A stretch of 64,000 nt of DNA, taken from contig CAWEDJ010000093.1 of the NCBI GenBank assembly GCA_963807635.1, positions 1 through 64,000 of the forward strand, given 5' to 3'. Position 1 is the first letter of the stretch. The number at the start of each line of letters is the position of its first letter. Position numbers and translations under genes: made by a program. The notes under the pieces were generated by a model that had not been told where the DNA came from, did not search any database, and worked only from the letters and a program-made list of their open reading frames with translations. The stretch is from an uncultured cyanobacterium. Lineage in GTDB: Bacteria > Cyanobacteriota > Cyanobacteriia > Cyanobacteriales > Microcystaceae. Positions 53,639 to 64,000 of this stretch are shown piece after piece.

Positions 53639-53950
53639 ATGAAAAAAACGCAATTTTTCGCTCTGATATTTTCCTTGATTACTACGGTGATCCTTTCTCC
53701 TTCCATTGCCAATGCAGAGAAAATACAACTAACTCCTTCTCAACAGAAACAAATTTTAGAAATTCAAAAAGACGCTACCACTAAACTCAAAGCAATTTTA
53801 ACTCCAGAACAAAGAGCGCAAGCAGAAGCCGCCGTCAAAAATGGCGACAAAAAAGTCAATCTTAAATTAACTGAAGACCAAAAAATAAAAATTAAAAAGT
53901 TGAGTGAAGAGGCGAATAAACAAGTTAATGCTGTTTTAAAATCTAAATAA
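53639..53950 (+). CDS. Secreted Spy/CpxP-like LTXXQ protein
   Basis: Signal peptide (ANA) and LTPSQ, LTPEQ and LTEDQ motifs. Confidence 0.75.
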   Translation: MKKTQFFALIFSLITTVILSPSIANAEKIQLTPSQQKQILEIQKDATTKLKAILTPEQRAQAEAAVKNGDKKVNLKLTEDQKIKIKKLSEEANKQVNAVLKSK

Positions 53951-53988
53951 TTATTTAAATAGTTTATCATCACAAAATTGATAGATCG

Positions 53989-55224
53989 CTATCTAATAAT
54001 TTTGTAAGATTTTGAAGATAAGTCAGTTTGAGATTCCCATTGCTTATTCTGATTCTCACTTAAAAATTCAGCGATTTTCTGTACTGCGTTTTCTAAAATC
54101 TCAGGTTCATAAACGAGGGCAAAACGCACATAGCCCTCTCCTGCTTTGCCAAACCCCGCCACCTGGGGAAACTGCGATTCCTGTGGATAAAACCAACTCA
54201 GTACAAAATTTGATGGAATCTTTTTGCCAGGGTTCGGGTAATTTTGCCCAGACGTACATGGTGGCTTGGGGAGTGGGAACTTGCCACCCAATGTTGCTCA
54301 GAGCTTGCACAAAGGCATCTCGACGAATTGCAAAATGTTTGATCGTTTCTTTGATTAAACTAGGCGGACTTTTTAGAGCGCGATCGCGCCATTTAAAATG
54401 CCTTGATATTGATTAAAATCGACCATTGCTTTAATTTTGCGGAGATTAAGAACCAGTTCCGCATTACCGATCGCAAAGCCAACCCGAAAGCCGCCCATAT
54501 TGTGGGATTTGGAAAAGGTAAAAAACTCAATGGAAAGTTCTTTTTGGCGGTCTGCTTGTAAAACCGAGGGTGGCAGGGGTTTTTCACCGAAAACAAAATC
54601 AAAATAGGGAAAATCATGCACCAACACTAACTGATTTTTCCGACAAAAATGAACCGCTTCTTCAAAAAAACTTAAGGGCGCGATCGCGGTGGTGGGATTG
54701 TGGGGATAACTCAAAACCATTAATTTTGACTGGTCTAAAATGGTCTTGGGAATATCGGCAAAAATCGCTAAAAATTCATTTTCAGCGAGTAAGGGCATGG
54801 GGTAAATTTGACCACCCGCTAAATACACGCCTCCTGCATGGGACGGATAACCAGGGTCGAGTAATAGGGCATAATCCCCAGGATTGAGAATCGCTAGGGG
54901 TAAATGGGCAGTTCCTTCCTGGGAGCCAATGAGGGGCAGGACTTCTGTATCAGGATCAACCGCAATACCATAACGCTCGGAATACCACTGGGCGACGGCT
55001 TCCCGAAATGCCTGGGTTCCATTGTGCAAAAGATAACCGTGCGTACTAGGGTCATTCAGCGATCGCGCAATTTCGTCCAAAATCGTTTTATCCGTCGATA
55101 AATCCGAAGATCCCAAGGAGAGATCGATAATCGTTTTTCCCGCGAGTTTTGCCTGGGTTTTCGTCCGATCCATATCGGCAAAAACATTGGATTGTAAAGC
55201 CTGTAAACGTTGAGCAAATTGCAT
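53989..55224 (-). CDS. PLP-dependent class I aminotransferase (LL-DAP aminotransferase-like; frameshifts near 54380 and 54157)
   Basis: LIGSQEG, YPHNPT, HDFPY, FTFSKSHNMGGFRVG and GEGYVRFAL. Confidence 0.88.
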
Positions 55225-55747
55225 AATTTTTTATAATATTAGGATATTTTATATTTTCTCTCAGAATACACGAAGGCAGGTCGTAGAGGCTCAAGGCTTA
55301 CACCCAAAAGTAGAAAATTTAACAACTGAAACCAGTGACTCAAGAGAGTTAATGGCTATAAACCTTTCTATTATTGGATTATAAAAACAATAAGTAAAAC
55401 AATCTGCTGAATGTGGAATAAAATATGATAATACTTATGAAGTTCTACCAAACCCGTGAAGTCAAAAATCAGAAATTCACGTCTGAAAGCGTTCCCCGAT
55501 TTGTCAAACTGTCATCCTTCCCTTAGCGAGTAATGTCTAGGAAAACTATTATCTCATTAAGACAAACCCTTTTCAAACATCCTTGACTAGGGTATTGAGT
55601 TTTTTTAAGATTGATTTTGATTTTTTTAGACTAAATTCTTGAATTTACAGCCGTTTTGAAGTTAGGATGACTCTTAAACCTGCTAGAGATTTGCTTGTTA
55701 GGCTTCTAGGTAAAAATAATTGTATTAAATAAACAAGCTATTTAACT

Positions 55748-56719
55748 TTGTTATTATTAGCTATCCCATCAATAGTAAACTTCCTGAAAAAAATTAATGC
55801 TATGATTAACTTCTTCGGACTAGAAATACAAAATAACGAACTTACAGAAAATAGTTCTACAAATATTGAAGAAAAGCTTAAACTTTTCTCTTTCTTAAAA
55901 CCTAAAGCATCACCCTATAATCTTATCCGAATTGGTGGTAATGGTGATGGGGCGTACCTTTTACCCGATGATATGACTGATATTAAAGCATGCTTTTCTC
56001 CTGGTGTTAACAATTTTAAAAATTTTGAGGATGCTCTCACCTCTTCCTATCAGATCAAATGCCATATGTGCGATAAGTCTAGTGATCCAGAAAAATTAAA
56101 AACGCCTTTGATAAGTGGAATGCAAACCTTTGCAAAAAAATGGCTAGATGTCGATCACAAAGACGACAGTATTTCTCTAGAAGAATGGGTTCTTGAACAT
56201 AATCCCGATAGCAAAGATGACCTCATTTTACAAATGGATATTGAAGGTGCTGAGTATAGAAATATTCTTAATGCTCCAGAAACAATCTTAAAGAGATTTA
56301 GGATTATGGTTATTGAGTTTCATGGACTTGATAGTATTACTGATTCTCAAATTCTTTCTACAGTATTACTTCCTACTTTTTCAAAAATTGATCAGTATTT
56401 TCAGTGTGTTCATGCCCATGCGAATAACTTTTGTGAAGACCACATCATACCAGGAACGGCTATCAATCTTCCACCTCTTATCGAACTAACTTTCCTCAGA
56501 AGAGATCGATTTGCAATCAACGGCTCGAAGCCCCTGCAAAGTATTAATATTCCTCACCCCCAAGATATTACGAATGTTCGACATAATCCCCCTTTATTCT
56601 TAAATAAAGCTTGGAGTGGAGATAAACGCTCATTTCAGTCTAATTGTAAGATTATCAATGATTGGATTTATTATATTCTTTATGCTTCACTTAGAGGAAT
56701 AGTGAAGTTTTTTGTTTAG
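55748..56719 (+). CDS. FkbM-family methyltransferase-like protein
   Basis: RIGGNGDGAY, ILQMDIEGAEY, IEFH, HAHANN and ELTFLR. Start possibly at 55802. Confidence 0.75.
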   Translation: MLLLAIPSIVNFLKKINAMINFFGLEIQNNELTENSSTNIEEKLKLFSFLKPKASPYNLIRIGGNGDGAYLLPDDMTDIKACFSPGVNNFKNFEDALTSSYQIKCHMCDKSSDPEKLKTPLISGMQTFAKKWLDVDHKDDSISLEEWVLEHNPDSKDDLILQMDIEGAEYRNILNAPETILKRFRIMVIEFHGLDSITDSQILSTVLLPTFSKIDQYFQCVHAHANNFCEDHIIPGTAINLPPLIELTFLRRDRFAINGSKPLQSINIPHPQDITNVRHNPPLFLNKAWSGDKRSFQSNCKIINDWIYYILYASLRGIVKFFV

Positions 56720-56758
56720 CGTTATGCAATCGAATTAAATAAAGTCTTTCCGCTTATT

Positions 56759-58717
56759 TTAGTGCATTAAAGTTATTGGCAATACAGACGATTGATAAAC
56801 CGCTAAATCAAACCAAAAAGTTGTCCCAATTCCCACTTCACTAATGAGGTGAATTTGACTGTGGTGCTTATCAATAATATTTTTGACAATCGACAATCCT
56901 AAGCCTGTGCCTTCTAGGGTATGCACCCGATTTTCTACGCGATAGAAACGATCAAAAATTGCTTCCTGATCTTCTAAATCAATTCCAATTCCCGTATCTG
57001 CAATTTCAATTCGGACATAGGGAACGGGTTCATTCTCTTCGGAATAGCCTTGGATTTTAGAAGCTCGAATGACGATTTTACCGCCTGATGGAGTGAATTT
57101 AACCGCATTACCCACTAAATTCGTGAGAACCTGTAGGAGTAAATCATAATGTCCTAAGACGGGCGGTAAATTAGCTTCAATCTCTTGGGAGAGTTGTAGT
57201 CCTTTATCCTTGGCATTTAACTGATACGTCCGCAGGGTTTGTTCGATAAATTGACTAATATCGATCGCGTCCAATTGGTAAATCCGAGAAGACTCTAGAC
57301 GAGAGAGATCCAAGACATCATTGACTAAACGGGTTAGGCGATCGGTCTCATTATTAGCTGTTTCGAGGAATTCATGACGCTCAACTTCGGTTAAATCTTC
57401 CCCAAATTCACAGAGGGTTTCAATAAAAGATTTGATATTAAATAAAGGGGTGCGTAATTCATGGGAAACATTACTAATAAATTGACTTTTTGCTTCATTT
57501 AATTCTACTTCCCTGGTGATATCTTGAACGGTCATCACAATCCCTTTGAGGCTTTCTCGATGTTGATCAAAGACCTGGGTTAACATCAAGCGCAATGTGC
57601 GGGGAATGGGCTGGCTGAGAGTTAGGCGAAATTCTTCAGAGGCAAAGGGTTCAGAGGAGGGATTTAATTGATGAGCATGGTGTCCAGTATCGCTGGCCAT
57701 TTCCCTTAACGGTTTGGTCAGTTGGGCGGTGATTTCGCTGGGTAAATGTTCCAAAACGTTTTTGCCCGTAAAATCCTGACCTTCCCACACAAATAAACGT
57801 CTTGCTGTCGGATTGGCTAATAATAATTGGAGATTGGTATCGACTAAAATCGCACCATCGGCAATGGTGGAAACGAGAATATCTAGTTTGGCTTTTTCTG
57901 CGGTTAGTTCTTCAATATTTTGTTCTTCATAACTTTCTAACCGTTCGGCCATTTCATTAAAACTAACAATTAATTCCCCTAATTCTCCACCAAAGGGTAA
58001 ATCAATGCGTTGTTTAAAGTTTCCTGTAGCAATATTTTTAACCCCTAATAGTAATTCCTTAATGGGTTGGGTAATGGTTAGGGCATTAAACACGGCTCCT
58101 AAAATCACCATCACCCAAATGGAAATGAAAACGGCGATCGTGACATCACGGGTCAGGTTAGAGGAATTCACCACCGCCGCATTGGGATTAATCCCTAAAG
58201 CCAAAACCCCTAAATATTGGCCATCGTGTTTGAGGGGAATGAAAACATCGGTGACTTCTCCGTTGGGGGTGGAATGTTGACGAACGAGGGGTAGATCAGT
58301 GTCAGTAAAGTTACTTTCGGGTAGCTCAATATGACGTTCGATCATGAGGGAATTTTGAACTTCCGCTTCTGAGTAGGGAACGCCAAAAAAAATCTTGCCC
58401 TGTTGATCTGCATAGATCATGTAACGCACGCTGGTGGTGCTTTCGTAAAAACGACTGGAAAAACGGGCAACTTCGGTTAAATTTTGTTCTGCGACTAGGG
58501 GGGCGACATTGGCGGCGAGTAATAAGCCCAAATCCCGACCGAAACGGGTATCACTCAGTTGGGCATCCTGTTGAATGGTATTAACTGCCCAAAAGGTTAG
58601 TCCGCTCATGAAGAGGGAAACGACCAACGTTGCGGCCGCCATTAGTCGAGTTTGTAGGGGAAACTCTGACCACCAGCGACGGATTAATTCTCGAATCGTT
58701 TGCAGAAATACCAACAA
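56759..58717 (-). CDS. nblS: Sensor histidine kinase NblS/Hik33 (DspA)
   Basis: QTRLMAAATLVVS, two TM helices, HAMP, PAS, SHELRTPLFNIKSF and RVENRVHTLEGTGLGL. Confidence 0.95.
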   Translation of the reverse strand: MLVFLQTIRELIRRWWSEFPLQTRLMAAATLVVSLFMSGLTFWAVNTIQQDAQLSDTRFGRDLGLLLAANVAPLVAEQNLTEVARFSSRFYESTTSVRYMIYADQQGKIFFGVPYSEAEVQNSLMIERHIELPESNFTDTDLPLVRQHSTPNGEVTDVFIPLKHDGQYLGVLALGINPNAAVVNSSNLTRDVTIAVFISIWVMVILGAVFNALTITQPIKELLLGVKNIATGNFKQRIDLPFGGELGELIVSFNEMAERLESYEEQNIEELTAEKAKLDILVSTIADGAILVDTNLQLLLANPTARRLFVWEGQDFTGKNVLEHLPSEITAQLTKPLREMASDTGHHAHQLNPSSEPFASEEFRLTLSQPIPRTLRLMLTQVFDQHRESLKGIVMTVQDITREVELNEAKSQFISNVSHELRTPLFNIKSFIETLCEFGEDLTEVERHEFLETANNETDRLTRLVNDVLDLSRLESSRIYQLDAIDISQFIEQTLRTYQLNAKDKGLQLSQEIEANLPPVLGHYDLLLQVLTNLVGNAVKFTPSGGKIVIRASKIQGYSEENEPVPYVRIEIADTGIGIDLEDQEAIFDRFYRVENRVHTLEGTGLGLSIVKNIIDKHHSQIHLISEVGIGTTFWFDLAVYQSSVLPITLMH

Positions 58718-59100
58718 GTTAATTTAGAGGGAATAAAAAATAAGAATATTTTGAAATCTTCTCCTAATTATATCGTTATCGTCTAGTCAAGTCGGGTCTG
58801 TTGCGGATTGTTCCCTTGCATTGATCCCTGGTCGAGATTAAAATTGCCGATATTAAAAATTCCTTTAACCCTTTCTATATATGCTTTATAGTCATTCAAA
58901 ATTCAATTTATTGTCGCTCGCATTGCCGATCGCGATCGCTGATAACGACCAATGACACTATGGCCACTTAAACCGCAAAACATCAGGGAGCAGAGGGAAA
59001 ATTTTTTCGACACTTTACGTTAAAATCAAGCAAAAGCCTTTTTTTAGAGCATTTTAATATATTCATCTTAATTAAATTGGTTTTGTGATAGTCAGTTTTT

Positions 59101-60276
59101 GTGCCACACTCCAGTAATATGTCAACAACGTCTGGACAAAATTCCCCCGCTCCTGTGTTGCTGCAACTCTTGCTGTTTGTCGATGATCGTCCCCATTCCC
59201 AGGAAAATGTTCAACAAATTCAAGCCTATTTAAAAGAGCTAAAAACGGATTATCCTTTTGAACTCCAGGTGATTGAAATTACCGAACAGCCCCACCTCGT
59301 TGAACATTTTCGTTTGGTGGCGACTCCTTCTTTGGTTAAAAATTCCCCCGCTCCTCGACAAACCTTGACGGGGAGTAATATTGTCAATCAATTAAAAAAA
59401 TGGTGGCCCCATTGGGAACAGGCGATCGCAGAACAACTATTTGAGCGTTCCAAACTCGAAGAGGCAACCACGATTATTAGCAATCATCCCCTTTCCTTTA
59501 GCGATTCGGCGGAATCCATGCGACTGTGCGATGAAATTTTTCGTTTAAAGCAAGAAAAAGAAGCCCTGTTAGAACAAGTTAAGTTTAAAGATCAAATTTT
59601 GGCCATGTTGGCTCACGATTTGCGGAGTCCCCTGACTGCCGCCACGATTGCCGTAGATACCCTAGAACTCCTCCAGCAGAAACCCGAAGGCGATCGCAAG
59701 CCCGACCTAGAGCAACGTATTTATTATCAAGCCCGTCAGCAGTTTCGCATTATGAATCGCCTGATCAAAGACATCCTCCAGGCCTCCAAAAACTTTAGTT
59801 CTCATTTTGAAATCCACAATCATCAATTTTATCTCCAAAATCTCTGTGGTGAAATTCTCAGCCTCTATCGCGATCGCTGTGATGCCAAATCCCTCACCCT
59901 AGAAATCGATATTCCCCAGGATTTACCCTCAATTTACGCCGACGAAGAACTCATTCAGCAGGTTTTTGCCAATCTATTAGACAATGCGATTAAATACACC
60001 CCCAAGGGGGGAAAAATTAATGTTTCTATTCTCCATCGCACCAACCAAAGAATCCAAGTCAGTATTACTGATACAGGGCCAGGCATTCCCGAATCGAAAC
60101 GAGAAAATATTTTTGAAGGACATTTTCGGCTAACCAGGGACGCAGAAAAAGAAGGTTATGGGTTGGGTTTATCCTTTTGTCGTAAAATTATTCGAGCGCA
60201 TTATGGCCAGATTTGGGTGGATAGCGTTCTGGGACAGGGAAGTTGTTTTCAATTTACCCTACCCGTCTATCCCTAA
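59101..60276 (+). CDS. sasA: Clock-associated histidine kinase SasA
   Basis: KaiB-like N-terminal domain (LLLFVD...QPHLVEHFRLVATPSLVK), AHDLRSPLT and HATPase boxes. Confidence 0.93.
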   Translation: MPHSSNMSTTSGQNSPAPVLLQLLLFVDDRPHSQENVQQIQAYLKELKTDYPFELQVIEITEQPHLVEHFRLVATPSLVKNSPAPRQTLTGSNIVNQLKKWWPHWEQAIAEQLFERSKLEEATTIISNHPLSFSDSAESMRLCDEIFRLKQEKEALLEQVKFKDQILAMLAHDLRSPLTAATIAVDTLELLQQKPEGDRKPDLEQRIYYQARQQFRIMNRLIKDILQASKNFSSHFEIHNHQFYLQNLCGEILSLYRDRCDAKSLTLEIDIPQDLPSIYADEELIQQVFANLLDNAIKYTPKGGKINVSILHRTNQRIQVSITDTGPGIPESKRENIFEGHFRLTRDAEKEGYGLGLSFCRKIIRAHYGQIWVDSVLGQGSCFQFTLPVYP

Positions 60277-60331
60277 AGTCAGGGAAAATGTATGATTAAG
60301 GCATTCATTATAGGGAAGGAAGCTAGATATA

Positions 60332-61066
60332 GTGAGCAATCAGCAGTTAAAAAAACCCAGGATGAGCGGGCGGGTCTGTATTATCGTCAATGCCAAGGTC
60401 AAACAGGAGGGGCGATTGATTGCCGCTTCTCCCGTGACTGAGCGAATGTTAACCGCTTTAAAACAGTCGATTATTGCTAATTCTCCCGATACCCTCATTG
60501 ATGTGATTGCTGTTGCTTCCCTCTGGTCTGAAACGGACCAGAAGCAAACCTCGACTGCTGGCCGTATTTACTGTCCTCTGACGATCCAACTTCCCAAGTG
60601 GTTGGTTTTTCCTTCCCAACAGGTCTATCAAGCTTGTCAAGATGTTTTAGGTCGTCGTGCTTGGGTTGAAGAGCATTTAAAGTATAAAAGTAATGCCAGT
60701 GTGAATTGGCTCGGTGATCTTTGGTTACCGATTGTCTGGACAGCGAAGGGGCCGCTCTATGCGGAAGTGATTGGAGAAGGGGCAATGCCGAATGCTTATC
60801 AGCAACCCATTGAACTGTCTGATAATTTGCGCCAACAACTCTATTCTTTAGCCTATCAATCTCTAGAGGCTCTAGAAGCTCCTCCTTCTGTGTATTTACT
60901 ACAATTTGGGGTGATAGAGCAAGAAATTATTTTTGATCGTCTCTGGCCCTTTCCTGCGGCTCCGGCGATCGCGTCTTTGGGGGTTCAATCTCCTGATTTA
61001 TATAGCTGTCATTGGCAATGTTTAACCAATCAGGCGATCGCGGATATTCAGATCACCGCCCATTAA
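60332..61066 (+). CDS. Conserved cyanobacterial hypothetical protein
   Basis: Long ORF with GPLYAEVIG and FDRLWPFPAAPAIAS. No function recognised. Confidence 0.7.
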   Translation: MSNQQLKKPRMSGRVCIIVNAKVKQEGRLIAASPVTERMLTALKQSIIANSPDTLIDVIAVASLWSETDQKQTSTAGRIYCPLTIQLPKWLVFPSQQVYQACQDVLGRRAWVEEHLKYKSNASVNWLGDLWLPIVWTAKGPLYAEVIGEGAMPNAYQQPIELSDNLRQQLYSLAYQSLEALEAPPSVYLLQFGVIEQEIIFDRLWPFPAAPAIASLGVQSPDLYSCHWQCLTNQAIADIQITAH

Positions 61067-61127
61067 AAATGCGTTAAGTTAGTCATTATGTTAATCATAA
61101 AATCCCCCATATTCAGGAGTCTAGACC

Positions 61128-61337
61128 ATGTTTTTAACTGAATTACAACCCATTGTCAAAGAATTAGTCCAACAACCCATTGCTTTTACGGGGGGCTTCG
61201 TTTCGGGAATGCTACGGATCAAATTGTCTTCTGATCCTTTAAAAAGTTGGTTAGAAAAACAAGGAGTGACGGATTTTAGTGGTGCAGAAATGGAGAGCGA
61301 ATCGAGTCAGCGTCCCCAATCCATCATGATTGATTAA
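61128..61337 (+). CDS. Small conserved cyanobacterial protein
   Basis: AGGAG RBS; QPIAFTGGFVSG.L....DPLKSWL...PQSI.ID. Confidence 0.7.
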   Translation: MFLTELQPIVKELVQQPIAFTGGFVSGMLRIKLSSDPLKSWLEKQGVTDFSGAEMESESSQRPQSIMID

Positions 61338-61360
61338 ATTGATTAAATTTATCGTCACAA

Positions 61361-62213
61361 TCACGAAGAACGGTGTTGAATGCCTGGGGATGAATTCATC
61401 CTCGGTAGATTCAACTGTTGGAAAACCTGGCGATTTTGGATCAATACAAAGGTCGCCACTGCCAACAAAAAATAACCAAAGCTTTTTTGTAATTGTTTAG
61501 CTGAAACAAATTGGGCTAAATAACTTCCTGCGATTGTTCCCAGGGCGGCGGCAAAGGTAAACGAAACCGTCAGAGGCCAATCGATCGCAATATGCCCCAG
61601 ATAACCTAGTAAACCCGCGATCGAATTCAGCGCAATAATTAACAGAGAAGTCGCGATCGCCGCTTTCATCGGGATATTCCCCAACAAAACCAAAGCGGGA
61701 ACAATAGCAAATCCTCCCCCCACGCCCACCAATCCTGTCAGAATCCCCACTCCAATGCCTTCCGTCATTAGCCAAAGCCAGCAGTATCTACAGACAGGTT
61801 CGGGATACAGTTCCAACTCTGACGGCAGATCCTTGGGTTTCTGAATCTGGGAGACGCGACGAATCATAAATCCTGCGGCCAATAACATCATCACTGCAAA
61901 TAAAAGCATCTGAAAGGTTGCCGTAATAAAGGGCATAGTAGCCAATCTTGCTCCCCCAAAGAGCCCCGATCATGGTTGCCGAACCAAAAATCAACACGGT
62001 TTTCAGATTGATATTGCCCCGTTTCCAGTGGGGAATGGTTCCCAAAAGGCTCACTGTTCCCACAATAATCAGGGTCATGGCGATCGCGGTTTTAGGGGAT
62101 ACTCCCATGAAATAAACCAGAATAGGCAAGGCAAGAACCGATCCACCGCCCCCCAAAAGCCCCAGGCTAATACCAATGCAAACGGCGAGAAAATGCCCAA
62201 CAAGCCAGGTCAT
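61361..62213 (-). CDS. TSUP (TauE/SafE) sulfur-compound exporter (frameshift near 61955)
   Basis: LGLLGGGGSVLALP and GLVGVGGGFAIVPAL repeats, with multiple TM helices. Confidence 0.9.
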
Positions 62214-62773
62214 GAGCCGATTCTCCGTTGATTATTGTGTTGATTGTAGGGAAGTTTCGCAAGTAGCATTCCCATTGCACAGGTGTTGGTAAGCCCTGCA
62301 AAAACCAAACCACAGCCCACAAAACCACTTAAGATTAAAAATTTAGAGGAAACTAACACACCCAATACGGTTCCGATAACGACGAGGGAACCTGCCACAA
62401 TTTGTACCTGCCGAAATAAACTAATCGGCGCATTTTTTTCTGTTTGTGTCGAAAATCCTGCGGCTGTCCAGGTAGGGATTCCTCCTTTGAGGTGGGCGAC
62501 CTGGGGAAATCCTGCTTCTAGAAGTTTTTGGGCGGCTTGAGCAGAACGTCGGCCAGATTGGCAATAGAGAGCGATGGTTTTATTTTTTTCTGCAATAAGA
62601 AGGGATGGGTCAAAGCTAGAAAGGGGAAAGGATGCCGCGCCTGTGATATGTTCGTTGGCGTATTCTCCTGGTTCGCGTACATCGACTAAAACTGCCTTTT
62701 GGTCAGTGAGCCATTGCTGTAGGGTTAAAGCGTCGATTTCTTGTAATTGGGATTGATTGAGAGAGGTAGTCAT
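62210..62773 (-). CDS. Rhodanese-domain membrane protein (YgaP/DUF2892-like)
   Basis: DVREPGEY..HI.GA, active loop CQSGRRS and C-terminal TM helices with TCAMG.LL.KLPYN. Confidence 0.9.
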   Translation of the reverse strand: MTTSLNQSQLQEIDALTLQQWLTDQKAVLVDVREPGEYANEHITGAASFPLSSFDPSLLIAEKNKTIALYCQSGRRSAQAAQKLLEAGFPQVAHLKGGIPTWTAAGFSTQTEKNAPISLFRQVQIVAGSLVVIGTVLGVLVSSKFLILSGFVGCGLVFAGLTNTCAMGMLLAKLPYNQHNNQRRIGS

Positions 62774-62811
62774 GGTTGAAAGTTAACTCCTGTTTACATT
62801 AAAGTTTTTTG

Positions 62812-63510
62812 TTAAGAAATTAGAGCAATATTGCCACAGCGTTCATTAGCGGGGACAGCTTCCATGATTTTTTTGGGATTCGGTAAGTCCAAACTGTCCA
62901 TAAATTCGATGAATTGTTGGCGATCGCGCCCTTAAAACGGGGATTAAATTGTTTTTCTTCGCCGATGGTAGAAACGGTTAAACCCCGATAATCGTGACCA
63001 GGATAAATCTGGGTGCTATCAGGTAGGGTAAATAATCGTTGGGTCACCGAATCAAACAGAATACCCGCATCTCCACTCTGGAAATCCGTCCGACCACAAC
63101 CCCGAATAAAGAGTGCATCTCCTGTCAACAGGTGAGTCCCATTAACCAAATAGGCCATGTGGCTATCGGTATCGGCCTGGTGTTGCGATCGCCCGAATCA
63201 CGATGTTTCCCAGGGTGATTTCTTCCCCGTCTTCGATAAAGAGATCGGCACAGTCGGCCTGGGCATTTTTAGGAACAATACCTTGACATCCCGTCATTTT
63301 ACGAAACTGTCCCGTTGCTGTGATGTGATCGGCGTGGATATGGGTTTCTAGGGAATATTTGAGGGTAAGTTCTAATTGCTCCAATACTTGAAAATCCCGT
63401 TCAAATTGCTCCAAAACGGGATCAACCAAGAGTGCTTCCTGGGTAACGGAATCAGCGACGAGGTAAGTATAGGTACTGGTTTCAGGGTCAAACAACTGAC
63501 GAAATAACAT
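62812..63510 (-). CDS. Persulfide dioxygenase (ETHE1-like metallo-beta-lactamase; frameshifts near 63172 and 62930)
   Basis: [38 protein letters not shown] and YPGHDY. Confidence 0.9.
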
Positions 63511-63637
63511 GGTCTTCTCCTGAGATAGGGATCGGGTAAGCCTAGAAAATCTCAACTAAGCTCATAACGTTATATTACTATGTGGTAGTATAGTTTGATA
63601 AAGAAAATCTTGTCACCTTACTTTTGGAATAGGTTGA

Positions 63638-63982
63638 ATGATGGAAATTACTCCCAGGGCGTTAGCTCAATTGGCCGACTATTTTAAGGTTTTGTCTGAA
63701 GTGAACCGTCTTAGGGTGTTGTGTTGTCTCAAGTCGGGAGCCAAAAATGTGACTGAGATCATGGTCGAAACCGAGTTAGGGCAAGCCAATGTGTCAAAAC
63801 ACCTCAAAATTTTAGCCCAGGCGGGAATGGTGGATCGTAAACCCGAAGGAGTCAGTGCCTATTACGAAATCGTTGATCCGTTGATTTTTGATCTCTGTGA
63901 AATGGTCTGCGATCGCCTGACGTTAAAGTTAGAAACCCAATCTCAGCAATTAAAGGAGCTAGAGGTCTGGAAACATTCCTAA
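63638..63982 (+). CDS. ArsR/SmtB-family transcriptional regulator
   Basis: FKVLSE..RLRVLCCL and QANVSKHLKIL HTH. Divergent from the dioxygenase gene. Confidence 0.92.
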   Translation: MMEITPRALAQLADYFKVLSEVNRLRVLCCLKSGAKNVTEIMVETELGQANVSKHLKILAQAGMVDRKPEGVSAYYEIVDPLIFDLCEMVCDRLTLKLETQSQQLKELEVWKHS

Positions 63983-64000
63983 CCTGCCAAACCTAAAAAA

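Larger units (their letters stand above)
1..64000. repeat. HIP1 octamer GCGATCGC, highly iterated
   Basis: Dozens of copies in genes and spacers (e.g. 804, 2604, 4582, 46304, 47057). Not counted exactly. Confidence 0.95.

Noticed and set aside
55437..55526. 29-codon small ORF (MKFYQTREVK...)
   Set aside because: No clear RBS and no recognisable homology, so it is unsupported.
637..63351. Numerous short overlapping or antisense ORFs in the track (e.g. 1900..2286, 23158..23601, 50770..51258)
   Set aside because: They are shadows of well-supported genes in other frames or on the other strand.
487..63510. Genome-wide pseudogenisation or programmed frameshifting suggested by the split genes
   Set aside because: The breaks hit normally essential genes (tsaD, purL), are single-base, lie at methylation motifs or homopolymers, and come with no other sign of decay. 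Sequencing error is the simpler explanation.

Overview
Cyanobacterial chromosomal segment. GCGATCGC (HIP1) is abundant and the cpcBAC2C1D operon has the Synechocystis-type layout; by inference this is a unicellular, fairly AT-rich Synechocystis/Woronichinia/Snowella-like lineage. Most of the window is housekeeping: purL, a sulfate ABC cluster (two sbpA copies, NIL, cysTWA), dprA, lipA, cobQ, the phycocyanin operon, purB, gshA, trmL, hypF, tsaD, psaFJ, nblS/hik33, sasA, and an ArsR-linked persulfide dioxygenase/rhodanese/TSUP module. Accessory DNA includes: (1) two IS630-family elements; (2) a yafQ toxin gene absent from the ORF track, split by IS630 and separated from its antitoxin by a MITE; (3) a McrA-like HNH nuclease; (4) an orphan MvaI/AvaI-like m4C methyltransferase; (5) a tyrosine recombinase with substituted catalytic residues; (6) a TA cassette between HIP1-bounded direct repeats next to a second, mostly synonymous copy of the tsaD 3' end; (7) REP/MITE-like repeats. 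Many conserved genes carry single-base breaks that cluster at GGCC, CCWGG and HIP1 motifs. These are most likely methylation-linked long-read errors, not true pseudogenes. No rRNA, tRNA or CRISPR array was recognised. I cannot demonstrate a wholly new system; the best leads are the tsaD/HIP1 cassette hotspot, the degenerate recombinase and the error-motif/methyltransferase link.
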